Source of the DNA: Octopus vulgaris
Lineage: Eukaryota
Direction: 5' to 3'
DNA: 64,000 nucleotides
Assembly: GCA_951406725.2 (NCBI GenBank)
Contig: OX597817.1
Location: 37,758,001-37,822,000, forward strand
Position numbers and translations under genes: made by a program. This document shows positions 40,586-53,965 of this stretch, piece by piece (the stretch's first letter is position 1; each line of letters opens with the position of its first letter). A model generated the notes under the pieces. The model had not been told where the DNA came from. It did not search any database and was given only the letters and a program-made list of their open reading frames with translations.

Positions 40586-41312
40586 AGATATACTGTTGGT
40601 CTTGGGTAAGGCATTAAACTGCATCTGAAGGCTGCTGGTATGTAAGAAGCATATCTGGTCATAAAAGCCAAGCAAAAAAGAAAAGGTGAAAGAGAAATAA
40701 GAAATATACACAACAACAAGCAATGTTATTGTGTTTGTCAGATAACAAAAACTGTGATAGATGGCAAGACACAGTGAGAAGCATCTAACACATACCAGTA
40801 CTGAAACACAGATGTAAATTGTTAACAATAGTAATGATAAGGACGATGATGATAATGATGATGATAGTGGTTGTGGTGGTGATGGTACTGACTACGACGA
40901 CGACGGCGACAACGACAACAAGGATAATTGATGATGATGATAAAGAGGTGGAAAAGGTGGGGGGTTAAAAGTAGAAGGAGGAGGAGGGGATAGATGTGGA
41001 TAGAGCAGCAGTTACAGAGGCAGAGTAGTATGTGAGGTGATGATGATAAGGAGGGGGAGGGGTAGGAGAAGGAGGAGAAGTATGGTAGTGGTGGTGTGGC
41101 AACTATGACAACAACGATTATGATGATGATGATGATGACAATGATGACAACAATACCTTTAATTAAATCATATAAAAACGGTAGGATTCAGCTCTTTTAT
41201 GTTCTCCTACATAGAACTTAAAAGACATAACATCTACAAACACTTGATCTTGCTTTACCTTGCATATAAACAAATATAGATATCTGTCTTACCTATAAAT
41301 ATTATTATAATA

Positions 41313-41543
41313 TTCTTTTATTCTTTTATTTGTTTCAGTCATTTGACTGCGACCATGCTGGAGCACTACCTTCAGTCGAGCAAATCGACCCCTGGACTTA
41401 TTCTTTGTAAGCCTAGTACTTATTTTAGCGGTCTCTCTTGCAAAACCACTAAGTGATGGGGATGCAAACACACCAGCTTCAGTTGTCAAGCAATGTTGGG
41501 GGGACAAACATAGACACACAAACATATACATACACACACATAT
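41313..41543 (-). mobile_element. Family B SINE, 3' half (split by the PLE)
   Basis: Continues at 44462-44627 on the other side of the PLE. Confidence 0.8.
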
Positions 41544-41550
41544 CCTAGCA

Positions 41551-43460
41551 GTGGATCTTTTCGCGGGCGCTTGTCAGCGTGCATTGGAGCGGTTCAACTT
41601 CTCCAGGCGCCAACGCCGCCTCAACATCTCCCCGGCTGAGCTCTTGGCTCTTCGTTCCCTCCAACGGCGCGCTGACATTATCATCAAACCGGCTGACAAG
41701 GGTGGAGCTGTAGTGGTGTGGCGCGCGGACCTCTATAGGGCCGAGGCTTTCCGCCAACTCAATGACACCTCCTTCTATTCCCCTCTGCCCTCTAACCCCA
41801 CACGTAGCTACCAACAGACGGTATCCTCTACTGTCCAAGACCTCATCTCGTCCTCCCGTCTCCCCCGCACCGCATCCAACCTAATTGTGCGAACCCCACG
41901 TACCCCCACCATTTACTTCCTCCCCAAAATCCACAAACCCAACAACCCTGGCCGCCCCATCGTCTCCGCCTGTAACTGCCCCACGGAGCTCATCTCTAAA
42001 TACCTCGACCGTGTCCTTGCCCCCTAGTGGCATCTCTTCCCTCCCACATCCACGATACCAACCATGCTCTCCGGCTTTTCAACTCTTTCTCCTTTCCTCC
42101 CGGCTCCTCCAAAATCCTTTTTACTATGGACATCCAAAGCCTCTATACTGTTATCCCTCACCACGAAGGACTGCAGGCCCTTCGACACTTTCTTGACCTC
42201 CGCTCTAACCCTGTACCTGACACCTCCACACTCATTCGTCTGGCCGAACTTGTCCTTACTCTGAACTGCTTCTCGTTCGCGGGCGAGTTCTACCATCAGG
42301 TCTCGGGAGTGGCCATGGGAACGCGAATGGGCCCCAACTATGCGAACCTGTTCGTTGGCTATGTTGAGGCCCAAATATTCTCTAATTTCACTGGTCCCAC
42401 TCCTGAACTATATGGTCGTTATATTGACGACATTATCGGTGCCACCTCACTCTCCCGCGAACATCTAGATTCCTTCCTCTCTTTCGTCCAATCTTTCCAT
42501 CCAGCCCTCCACTTCACTTCCACTATCTCCAACACCTCTGTCTCCTTCCTCGACATTTCGGTTAGCATTCTTCACTCCACTCTTACCACCTCCATTCACT
42601 ACAAACACACAGACTCACACTCATACCTCAACTTCTCTTCCTCCCACCCAGAACACACCAAGCTTTCCATCCCCTATTCCCAATTCCTCCGTCTACGTAG
42701 GCTCTGTAGTGACGACCATGACTTTGAGACTCAGTCTCAACGTATGGCTCACCACTTCACCCTACGTGGATACCCCCTCACCACTATCCACACCGCCCTT
42801 GCCAGAGCACGGTCCGTGGACCGTGTATCTGCTCTCTCTCCCCGAACCCGCCCTGTAGTCTCCCGCCTCCCTTTTCCCCTCACTTACCACCCCACGACCC
42901 TACGTCTCCAACGCACCATTCTTCGAGCTTTCCGTCATCTCCAGTCCGACCCGTCCACTTCACACCTCTTCCCTAACCGACCCCTCCCCTCTTTCAAACG
43001 AGCCCACAACCTTCGAGACCTTTTGGTCCATAGCTCCTTCCCTGACCCTACCTCCCAACCCGGCTCGTTCCCCTGCTCCCGCCCACGTTGCCGCACTTGC
43101 CCTTACCTCTCCAACACCACCCGCCTCACTAGCACCCACCATCGACCCTATCCCATCATCCACTCCTTCACCTGCACCTCCAGCAATATTATCTATTGCA
43201 TCTCTTGCTCTCTCTGCAATTCCTTGTATATCGGACAAACGGGACGCCGCTTGGCTGACCGGTTCGCGGAACACCTTCGTGACATCCACCTTGCGAACGA
43301 CACACCGGTCTCACGCCATTTCCGCTCCACCGGTCACTCCTTGCAACACCTATCTGTGTTCGGTTTGTCCTTACACAGAGGCCATCCGGATTCCCGTTTG
43401 CACCGTGAGAACAGGAATTAATCTTCTCTCTTCGCTCTTATACGCCATTTGGTCTCAACT
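41551..43460 (+). pseudogene. PLE RT/GIY-YIG ORF with two frameshifts
   Basis: ORFs 41551-42027 and 42027-43421 join by a 1-nt shift at ~42025 (LAP-LVASLP); second shift at ~43408 restores EQELIFSL...GLN. Confidence 0.85.
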
Positions 43461-44304
43461 CTCCCCCCTCCTCATCTAACCCCCCTCTCCCCCTCCTCAC
43501 CTATCCTTTCTCCCCCGACCCCTACTTCTACAGTCCTTCATCCTTTCACCCCTACTCCCCTTCCCTTCTTCCCTCTTTCTCCCTCCCTCTTCCCCTTCCC
43601 TCTGCTCCCTCACTCCCTCTCTCCCTCTTTCCTCCTTCATCCCCCTCCTCCCCTTCCTTCTCCCCCATCCTCTCCTCTTCCCCCTTCTCCTCCCCCTCTT
43701 CTTCCCCTCGCCTTCTCTCCCCCTCTTCTCCCCCTCCCCCTCTTCTCCTCACTACACCACATGACTTTACACATCACATCACATATGATGTGCCATACTA
43801 ATACACACACCAACTAATACATACTAATACGTACTAATACATACCAGTACATACTAATACTTACACCAACCCTATACATACACACGTCCAGACCCCGCAT
43901 ACGCACTTATACTCTCTCACACACACACACACACACCTATACATACCAATACGTACTAATACATACTAATACATACTAATACATACACCAACCCCATACA
44001 TACGCACGTCCAGACCAATCTTACGCACTAATACTCTCTCATACACACACACACACACACACACACACCCTTATACATACTAATACATACACCAACCCTA
44101 TACATACACACATCCAGACCCCTCCCACGCACTTTTAGCTGGTCCCTCAACCCTTTTATCAACCCTATTATCTCCCCTTATTTCGCTCTCGCGTCTCATG
44201 TTTGATCTTTGACCTCTGGCCGAAATCAGATCGCCATGTTGATTCGTTAGCTACTGCACGCATTTTTTTCTCTCCTTCTTTCTGTGTTTTTCTCTCTCTG
44301 TGTA

Positions 44305-44342
44305 TCTTTCTGTTGAAGAGCGTAGGCTCGAAACGTTAAAGA
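44305..44342 (+). ncRNA. Minimal hammerhead variant in the PLE terminal repeat
   Basis: TCTTT CTGTTGA A GAGC-gtag-GCTC GAAA CGTT AAAGA: stems I and II intact, palindromic AACGTT in place of stem III, core A6 replaced by U. Confidence 0.65.
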
Positions 44343-44461
44343 CTTGTTTTATTTATATTTCCTGAGCGCCATACTAATACAATTGTTCGTTTGTTTTCCA
44401 CCTGCCTTCGTCTTTTGTTTATTTTCATAAAGCTTCCCGTTATATATATATATATATATAT

Positions 44462-44627
44462 ATGTATACGACGGGCTTCTTTCAGTTTCCGTCTACCAAA
44501 TTCACTCACAAGGCTTTGGTCAGCCCGAGACTATAGTAGAAGACACTTGCCCAAGGTGCCACGCAGTGAGACTGAACCAGAAACCATGTGGTTGGTAAGC
44601 AAGCTACTTACCACACAGCCACTCCTT
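44462..44627 (-). mobile_element. Family B SINE, 5' half
   Basis: Completes 41313-41543. Confidence 0.85.
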
Positions 44628-44979
44628 GTATGATGTTTCATTAATTTAAACTTTTATTCATTTATTAGCTTCAGCTACTGGACTACAGCCATACTGTGGC
44701 ATTATCATTAAGGGTTTCCATTGATTACATTGACCCCATGTTCTTTGGTTAGAGCTCATTTCAGTGAGCTCATAAGTATACGAAGTACAAAATGGATAAT
44801 AGCTTAAGGGAAGATAAGTCGCCAGGACAATAATACTGTAGAGTATTTCTGCTCAAATGTAGCAGATTTTGTACAGCATTATACTGATGTGCGTGTGTGT
44901 GTGTGTGTGTCTATACACACACAACACACACACACATGCATACATACATGGATAGATAGGTGTACGCACATATATTCAC

Positions 44980-45341
44980 TTATTTGTTTCAGTCATTTGA
45001 CTACGACCATGCTGGAGCACCACCTTTAGTCAGACAAATCAACCCCAGGACCTATTCTTTATAAGCTTAGTACTCATTTGTTTGGTCTCTTTTGCTGCAC
45101 TGCTAAATTACGGTGACTGGTTGTCAAGTAATGGTGATAGGACAAACATAGACACACACACACACACACACACACACAACAGGCTTCTTTCAGTTTCCAT
45201 CTACCAAATCCACTCACAAGGCTTTGGTTGGACCAAGGCTAAAGTAGAAGACACTTGCCCAAGGTGCCATGCAGTAAGACTAAATCCAGAACCATGTGGT
45301 TGGTAAGCAAGCTTTTTACCACACATCCACTTCTGCGCCTA
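44980..45341 (-). mobile_element. Family B SINE
   Basis: Reverse-complement copy with an internal deletion. Confidence 0.8.
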
Positions 45342-46535
45342 TATATACACACAAGCAAAATGCCCCCCCCCCCCATCCAATGGACGGTGCTGAATTGTCA
45401 AACATTTAAACCAAATTTTCTCAAAACAACTTGTCCAACCATCGCATAGGCCTCCCCTTTGAGAAACACTGATTTAACCTAAATTTGAGACACCAGCAAA
45501 AGAAGAAATGAAGATAGGCTTTTTTTCTATTCCAAAGAAAAACGATTTTATTCACACAAATATGCAACCGAAGAGTTTAAAGTACCAGTAATGATAAGGC
45601 TGATGACTGGGAGAACACAAACATGGTTTAAACAGTAAGCTTAGCAGGAAAGAAACGTGCTTTTAAGCAGTACAAAAATAACAAAAAATGGAAGGTGCAG
45701 TTATGTACAGGTTGACAGAAGAAAAGCAGGACAAAAACGGCTTTATCGATCGCATTCTCACCTGGAATCGATTTTTGCAATTTTTTCAAGAGTTATACAT
45801 GCCCTGATACCATTGGTATCTACATATCAAATTTGAGCACAATTGGATGGAGGATGCCCAAGATCCTAGAAGACACACAGACAGACAGAACAGATTTTAT
45901 ATAATATATATTATGAGAGAGAGACAGAGAGATACATACATAGACAGATACACACACACACACAAACCTACTAATCAAATTCGTGCCAGTATGGAATATG
46001 GATGTTAAATGATAAAAGATGAAACAATGATATCCATCTTTTTTTACCCTATGCTAGCATGGACTGGATGCTTTTGTCCTTCCTCTTGTGACTGATATAA
46101 TAAGGAGAAAACAGGTAATCTTTGTTGTGTATGTCTTTTTAAAATTATTTAGCTCAACTTTGTCTTTCATCCTTTCAAAATCAATAACATATACTATGAG
46201 CCAAGTACTGAGGTCAATGGGTTTGATTAATTCTACCTAATACAGGGTAGCGAATATTCTTAGAAATTTCACCACCAATGGCCTGGCATCTATAAAAAGT
46301 CAATAGATAACATATTCTCAATATAAAATAGTGTACATTTAAAGACAAGAGAAAACTACCTTTAACAGGTAAAAAAAATAACAAAGTAAAAATTTTTATT
46401 TTTCATTTCCTTCGAAAATAGCTCTTACATGTGGTTTTGGTCGTTTTGACTGCTTCTTCTAGCGTGTAAAAATTACCAGTTAAAGGTAGTTTTCTGTTGT
46501 ATTTAAATGTACACTATTTATATATATATATATAT

Positions 46536-46934
46536 ACTCTTTTACTCTTTTACTTGTTTCAGTCATTTGACTGCGGCCATGCTGGGGCACCGCCTTTTAG
46601 TCGAGTAAATCGACCCCAGGACTTATTCTTTGTAAGCCTTGTACTTATTCTATCGGTCTCTTTTGCCGAACCGCTAAGTTACGGGGACATAAACACACCA
46701 CCGTCGGTTGTCAAGCAATGTTGGGGGGAGACAAACACAGACACACAAACATATACACACATACATATATACGATGGGGTTCTACCAGTTTCTGTCTACC
46801 AAATCCACTCACAAGGCTTTGGTGGGCCCGAGGCTATAGTAGAAGACACTTACCCAAGGTGCCACGCAGTGGGACTGAACCCAGAACCATGTGGTTGGTT
46901 AGCAAGCTACTTACCACACAGCCACTCCTGTGCG
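46536..46934 (-). mobile_element. Family B SINE
   Basis: Full reverse-complement copy. Confidence 0.88.
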
Positions 46935-49243
46935 CACAGCAACACTACATGGTAATGTGACATGGATCCTGAATGCAGAACACATAAAAAGGCTAGAAGC
47001 AATGAAGTTAGTATGCAGATGCCACCAACTCGAAGTGTCACAAAATGGGAATGAATTTGGAACTACCATATCTATGTGGTTAACAAGCAAACATTTAATA
47101 CCACACACCCATTCCTAAACCTATATGGAAATATTATTTGTATCTGCTAGTCAGTTAGTCAGTACTATATATGAACATTTCTTAATTGAATTTCTCAAAA
47201 GAAAATCCACAGGAATCTATTACGAAAATAAATTTGGTTAAGATATCTAGAAGATAATCTAATCAAAGTAATTTGTGAATATAGAAAGGCTAGTGGGCAG
47301 AACAACATTCATTTAGAATTAATAGGCCAAATAAATTACAATTGGAATCTAAGTTTAAGGTAAGGATGATGGCAAATGGTAAACTGACATGAAATATCCA
47401 TTTTATCAGTCTGTTGAAGCAGAGTAAAATCTGAATGTGGTTTACATCTCTGTAGAATAATATTTTGTCAGTCATTAATGACAAGAAGGATGTAGTCATT
47501 GTTGGTGGTAAATCCTTGTTGTCAAGCATGTTTCTGAGGATTTTGAAACCCTGGGGGCCATTCGTTAGTAAATTTATTTGTGGAATGAAAGAGCCATGAG
47601 TTTAATCTCTTCAGTGCTTTGCCTTCAAAGGTTTCCATATTTATGGCACAAACTGTGCTGAGATGATGTTGTAACTGTTTATATGTAGAAAATAAATGAT
47701 AACAGAATATTATTACTAATTGGTTGACATGGTCCTTTATTTTCATTGTTACGATATGGAAGACTAGTTGTAGTTGTACACAGGTTATTGCTGTTCTGCT
47801 ATCCATTCTGTAGGTAGTTAAATTCGTTTTTTGTTGACTGCTGGAAGACTGGTAGAAAAAGGAGAGAAAGAAAGGGTAAGAGAGTCTACTCCTCTGGGTT
47901 GATAAGTAGATAGGGTGAGAGTTGTATTGTTGTGCTATGACAATTCATTACTAAAGGGGAAAAAATTGATACTCTTCAGCTAGGCACCAAGTGACCAAAG
48001 GGATAGAACTGATTTTAGATTCTATATTTATAACTTTTGCTAACTAAATTAGGTCAGGCTGAACAAAGGATTTTAACTCTGTAATCAGTCCTGCCTCAAG
48101 TTTTGCTTAAAAAGTTACAGGCTAACAATTGACACTCATGAATTTCCTAGTGCAATAGCTGAGAGCAATGGGAAAAGAACTAGTAGAAAAATGTGGATTT
48201 GTTTCAAATCCTAGCTTAGAATCTAGGAAGTTATTTGTTACAATGTAAGACTGTTAAGTCACAGGAAGATAACAGTATTAAAGTCATTCATGGTTCACCT
48301 TGGAACTTTCTATCAGTATGTGAGAAGCAATCACTTCACTCATGGGATTTGAACCCAGAATTCAAAGAGCCACAACAGATAGCAGTACTCTTAATATTTC
48401 CACCACTATACCATCCCTGAACTGATATTTTATTTATTGACCATGAAAGAATAAAAGAGAAAGTTAACCACGATAGGATTTGAACTCAAAATGCAGAAAG
48501 CTGGAACAAATACTACAAAGAATTCTCTCTACCACTCTAATGACTCTGCCAATCAGCTAATTGATAAATCATTCAAGTTCTTTAGTAAGACAAGTTCATT
48601 ATTGAAATTAGTTTATCACAGGATGATGAAAAACTATACACAGATATAATTAACTTATCATAGAGAGGCAATAAATGATACAATGGAATAAGTAATTTAT
48701 CATTGAGTGGTGATTATCTACACAGCAAGTTAATTAGTTTATTCTAGAGTTGTGATAAACTGCATAGAGAGATAACTGTGTGGCTCAGTAGATTTATGAT
48801 TGAGACCGAGTATAATTATTTTTTCTTTAGATAGTAGTACTGAGGCGATGGGAAACTTGTTGAATTGCAAAGAGATGCCAGTGTTGCCTCTGTCATCGCT
48901 TATCTTGATACATTCTTGCATACATTCGTGTGTGAGGAGTAATATGCTATTAGCGAGATTTAAATTCTTAAGATGAATTTCAGTTCAAAATGCAAAGTAT
49001 CAAGATATAGAATACAGTAATAGTTGCGATCTTTTATCTTTTACTTGTTTCAGTCATTCATCTGTGGCCATGCTGGGGCATTGCCTCAAAGAGTTTTAGT
49101 TGAATGAGACTGGCTAAAATCATGATAACTCATCCAACCCACACCAGAAGTAAAATGGTAGTGAGTGATGGTGGTGATGATGATGATGATGATGGAAATG
49201 ATGATGGTGATGATGGTGGTGATGATGGTGATGGTGATAATGG

Positions 49244-49279
<36 letters not shown>

Positions 49280-49381
49280 CGACGAGGAGGAGGAGAGTGG
49301 CACTGATGGTGATAGTGATGACGGCAATAATGATGATAATAGTCTTTTGCTGAACTGCTGAGTGGATTTGGTTGATGGAAA

Positions 49382-49422
<41 letters not shown>

Positions 49423-49426
<4 letters not shown>

Positions 49427-49949
49427 AAATTGAGGATAAAATCTTTATAAGAAATTATCAGTAGTTAGCATGAAAAACCTCGTAAGAGAAAAAATCCGTA
49501 AATTTTTCCACTTTGAAAATATTTATTTGTATTATATAGAGGGTACTACTATTGATAGATACTGCACACTAGGAGGGACCCTTGCGGTCAAAACTACTAA
49601 AATAAACAAATTGTACCGAATGCAAAACTTCAAAGCAAGTCATTTAAAAAAAAATTTAGTTACATATCACCTGTGATTTCGCAATTAATGCAGAATATGC
49701 ATTCTATGCTCATCAGTGCAACAAACTCAAGACATATATGTCTTGTATATATATGTCTTGAGTTTGTTGCACTGATGAGCATAGAATGCATATTCTGCAT
49801 TAATTGCGAAATCACAGGTGATATGTAACTAAATTCTTTTTTAAATGACTTGCTTTGAAGTTTTGCATTCGGTACAATTTGTTTATTTTAGTAGTTTTGA
49901 CCGCAAGGTCCCTCTAGCGTGCGGTATCTATGAATAGTAGACCCTCTAC

Positions 49950-49955
<6 letters not shown>
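49423..49955. repeat. (TA)n-flanked fold-back element: ~210-bp inverted arms plus ~107-bp one-sided extension
   Basis: 49530-49739 vs 49749-49955 are reverse complements, near-identical in the inner ~150 bp. Confidence 0.92.
49766..49829 (+). ncRNA. Type-I hammerhead ribozyme (mirror copy on the - strand at ~49659-49722)
   Basis: Stem I GTTGCA/TGTAAC; CTGATGA 49772-49778; stem II GCA...TGC with inner AGAAT/ATTCT hairpin; GAAA 49808-49811; stem III TCAC/GTGA; ATA site 49821-49823. Confidence 0.8.
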
Positions 49956-49986
<31 letters not shown>

Positions 49987-50002
49987 TATATTATATATAT
50001 AG

Positions 50003-50185
50003 ACACATGAAAGTACCCATTACACTCTTGGAGTGGTTGGTGTTAGGAAGGACATCTAGCCATAGAAAACCATGCCAAATCAGACTGGAGTCTGGTGCAG
50101 CCATCCAGTGTGCCAGCCCAGTCAAATCATTCGACCCATGCTAGCATGGACAACAGATGTTAAATGATAATGATGATGATGATGA

Positions 50186-50190
<5 letters not shown>
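50003..50190 (+). mobile_element. RTE 3'-tail element
   Basis: Matches the RTE 3'UTR; (GAT)n tail. Confidence 0.8.
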
Positions 50191-50254
<64 letters not shown>

Positions 50255-50404
50255 CATATATATATGTATATGACTCTTCTTTCAGTTTCCATCAAGCAAA
50301 TCCACTCACAAGGATCTGGTCAGCCTGAGGTTATAGTGGAAGGCACATGCCCAAGGTGCCATGCAGTGGAACTGAACCCAGAATCACATGGTTGGGAAGT
50401 AAGC

Positions 50405-50898
50405 TTCTTATTTCTTTATTGCCCACAAGGGGCTAAACATAGAGGGGACAAACAAGGACAGACAAAGGGATTAAGTCAATTATATCGAACACAGTGCTTA
50501 ACTGATACTTAATTTATCGACTCCGAAAGGATGAAAGGCAAAGTCGACCTCGGCAGAATTTGAACTCAAAACGCAGTGGCAGATGAAATACCGCTAAGCA
50601 TTTCGTCCGGTGTGCTAACGTTTCTGCCAGCTTGCCGCCTTTAAACAGACGAAATACCTATTTCTTATTTCTTTATTGCCCACAAGGGGCTAAACACAGA
50701 GAAGACAAACAAGGTCAGACAAACGGATTAAGTCGATTATATCAACCCTAGGGCATAACTGGTACTTATTTAATCGACCCCCGAAAGGATGAAAGGCAAA
50801 GTCGACCTCGGTAGAATTTGAACTCAGAACATAGCAGCAGATGAAATACCGCTAAGCATTTCACCTGCCGTGCTAAGATTTCTGCCAGCTCGCCACCT
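50405..50898 (-). mobile_element. Two tandem family A SINEs inside a family B head
   Basis: Copies at ~50405-50640 and ~50660-50898; family B sequence 50272-50404 resumes at 50899-50920. Confidence 0.82.
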
Positions 50899-52009
50899 TG
50901 AAGCAAGTTTCTTACCACATTTTGTGAGTAAAAAAAATAAGCAGATTAAAATATGGTAACATATGTTGGCATCAAGCGACACTCTAAGAATGATGCTTAG
51001 CTTCAGTTTCATTGTTTTCTCAATAAAACTGACCCATGATTCAGATTTAATTCCTAGCTATAGTCATATGAATTCGCTTATAACACCTGAACCACTGAGA
51101 AATACATTTCACCTATTTTAATAAATCAGAAAATATTGTATTAAGACATTAACTATTCTGTTAATGAGACATAGTAATTGTATTGTAATATTTTTCTTGT
51201 TATTTAAAAAAAAAAATCTACTTTTCCATTTTAACATTAACAAGAAGACACCACACTGTCTTCTATAGGAAAATGTTCATATTAACACAAAGTTAAGAAG
51301 CAAGAGTCTTTGTAGCTTGATGCTCCTCCAAAGCTATTTAGTCAATATGATGTGGACATTGCATTTATATCCAGCTTGGTAAAAGTCAAAAGAAAAACAT
51401 CGTTTATGATAACACTTTTACATTTTTTCTCTATGGATTCATAATTTTACAATTCATTCACTCTTTCATGCTTTACAATTTTATCAGTAGAAAACATAAT
51501 AAAAAAATAAAGACAAACCTGTTAGAATTCTGCTACATCATCACTTGACCTATACAATCTGCTTGTTAAGTCTCTGACAGCAAACTCATCACAATCTTTA
51601 TATATAGAAAATACAACAACATATTTTAAATCTTAGCACAGTAAGATCCATGATAAAGACACAATGGCTATAGATAGAAACTCTAAATTAATTCTTTGTT
51701 CAATCCATGCAATAGATTTGCTCAAGCAGAACAGACTCAGTCAATCCAAAATTAATAACAAACTACGAGAAAGACAGAAAGCTTCTCTTTTCACTGTAAT
51801 ATATAAAATCAATTTGCTTTAATACAAAAAATCAATTAGTTTTTATTCTGCTCTGCTAAAATAAGACACTAGTAGAATGTTCAGATTCTGTAACTGGAAT
51901 GGTTTTGTAGTGGAACTTTATTCATACTTTGCATATATACTTGTGAATCAACAGTTAGCATTCCTTCTGTGACCATTGCTGACTTATGAACGCTATACAT
52001 CACACAACA

Positions 52010-52340
52010 TCTTAAAATTCTGAAGTCTCTACTACTTCAAGTCAGCTAATTGGTTAGGTCCACATCATGTGTATGCTGACTATTCTGAACAGTAGTCATG
52101 TCTGACCTTTTATCCATCCCGGATCACTAAGAAGCTCATCTAAACCATTCTCCTATGCATGTCCCTTCATGTTACTCACAACTAAAGTTCAAAATCCCAA
52201 AGTATCCAAGTAGAAAACGTTAGTAAAAGTAATGTTGGAGCCCCTGACATCAGTAAAGTCTTTGATCATGAGTGGTATGAGAATCTCCCATGTGCTTGCC
52301 TAAAGTCTTGGTCTGTCTCTCAGTCATATGATAGAAAAAT
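52010..52340 (+). mobile_element. Degenerate CR1/Jockey-type RT remnant
   Basis: DISKVFDHEWYENL resembles the DISKAFDRVWH..L RT motif; the rest is heavily decayed. Confidence 0.4.
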
Positions 52341-52615
52341 TCCTGTCCAACCTACATTTTATCAATCTTAATGTATCATAAAGTTTGGTATTATCCCTCA
52401 CATTCCCTAGAATTTGTCAACCTGGAAAAGGCCAATAATAAAGTTCCACAAAATTACCTGGTGATCCTTCAGAAAACTGGGTATAGATGAATATCCGGTG
52501 GAAGCCATGCAAGCCAAATAGAGTGGTGCTGTCTGCATTGTATAAGTTTCTAATGAGTTCAGTAACATATGGGTTCAGTTTGCAGCTCATTCTTGTTTAT
52601 TAATATACTCAAGAC

Positions 52616-52941
52616 CAGTGGTTTTCAACCAGGGCCCATATTGCCCCTTAGGGTTTATATAAGATTTTGGGGTTCAATGCAATAAAATAGTAAATTAGGG
52701 ATCCTCAATAGTATTTTAAGGGCCCCTGAAAAAAATTTGTTTTAGATGTATGTATTGGTATGTATTGCAAGAAACAGTCAGGTTTCTTTCTCTAACATTT
52801 TACATAGTTTAACCTACACAGGTTTATGTGTAAAAGACAAAATAGGGATTTTGAGAGAGGTTTCTATAAAACAATGGGGATCCACCAGAATAAAATAGCA
52901 ATCAAGGGTGTCCATAGGTACAAAATGGTTGAGAACCCCTG
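52616..52941. mobile_element. hAT (Charlie-like) MITE
   Basis: TIRs CAGTGGTTTTCAACCA ... TGGTTGAGAACCCCTG. Confidence 0.6.
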
Positions 52942-53237
52942 CTCTTAACCATAATAAAATAATTCAAAACTGTGTCCTTGGAAATTCTTGTATATCAATG
53001 ACCTAGTTCTCATAGAATAGATTTACACACAGAAGCAGAGCCAGGAATTAAGAGGTCTAAAATAAAATTTAGTGAAGAGAAAATTCTTTGCAAAAGGATT
53101 ACTTACAAGATTCTACAACCGTTTAAGTATTGGCCATGTTTCATATAGAATATAAACCATGGATGCACAAAATGCTATGAGATCACAATAAAGCTGAAAG
53201 AGTAGAAAGACTCTGTATGAGGAATTTTAGACAAGAG

Positions 53238-53727
53238 TAATTAGCAATAAGAGCTCCTTTGAAATAAATTTTAGATGCCTGGGAGGCACCTTAGAATTAT
53301 TTGATAGCTATAGGTGCAGGCACTGCATGGGTGCATGTATGGCTGAAAGCTTAAGACATTCATTCACCAACCTCATGGCTTCATGTTCAATCCCACTGTA
53401 CAACACCTTAGTCTTCTACTATAGCCCTGGGCTGACAAAAGATTTTTTTGAGTGAATTCAGTGGATAGAAACTGAAAAGAATCCCAACATATATTTGTGC
53501 ATGCATGCGTGCACATGCATGTGCGAGTGCGTGTGTGTGTGTGTGCACACATATGAACGTGTCTGTTTTTGTATATATGTGCTGCTTGCTTATTCAAAAA
53601 TCTCAAACTTAGTGTATTTCTCCTAATTAGCAATAAGAGCTCCTTTGAAATAAATTTTAAATGCCTGGGAGGCACCTTAGAATTATTTGATAGTTATAGG
53701 TGCAGGCACTGCATGGGTGCATGTATG
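53238..53727. repeat. 104-bp direct duplication (53238-53341 / 53624-53727)
   Basis: Two mismatches between copies; a SINE head lies between them. Confidence 0.9.
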
Positions 53728-53965
53728 AAATAAATGTCTTGTTTGCAAGACATTTATTCAAAAGTCTCAAACTTAGTGTATTTCTCCTATCAATAGATCA
53801 TATGCTCACATTATGTTTTCAAAGTCTGTGTAATAAGAAATCCTTTGCTTAAAAACAGACAAGGTTACTGTATCAGAAAAGGAATTCAACCATAAAACAA
53901 CGCCTCAGTAACAAATCTGTCTAACCCACATTAACATGGAAACACAGACATTAACAGCCTTTGAG

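Larger units (their letters stand above)
41544..44441 (+). mobile_element. 5'-truncated Penelope-like retroelement (RT + Zn linker + GIY-YIG), Neptune-like
   Basis: IIKPADKGGAVVV, YFLPKIHK..PGRPIVS, MDIQSLYT, GVAMG, RYIDD, FLD, CSRPRCRTC, IIYCISC..C..LYIGQTGR.L..RF.EH; 3' terminal repeat then (TA)n. Confidence 0.93.

Noticed and set aside
43790-44130. Repeat-spacer-like ATACTAATAC/CCAACCC units
   Set aside because: Low-complexity tandem repeats in the PLE 3' region; not CRISPR (eukaryotic, no unique spacers)
47380-48150. Possible minus-strand PLE RT relic (AINMETFEGKAL)
   Set aside because: A single weak motif in a highly decayed region
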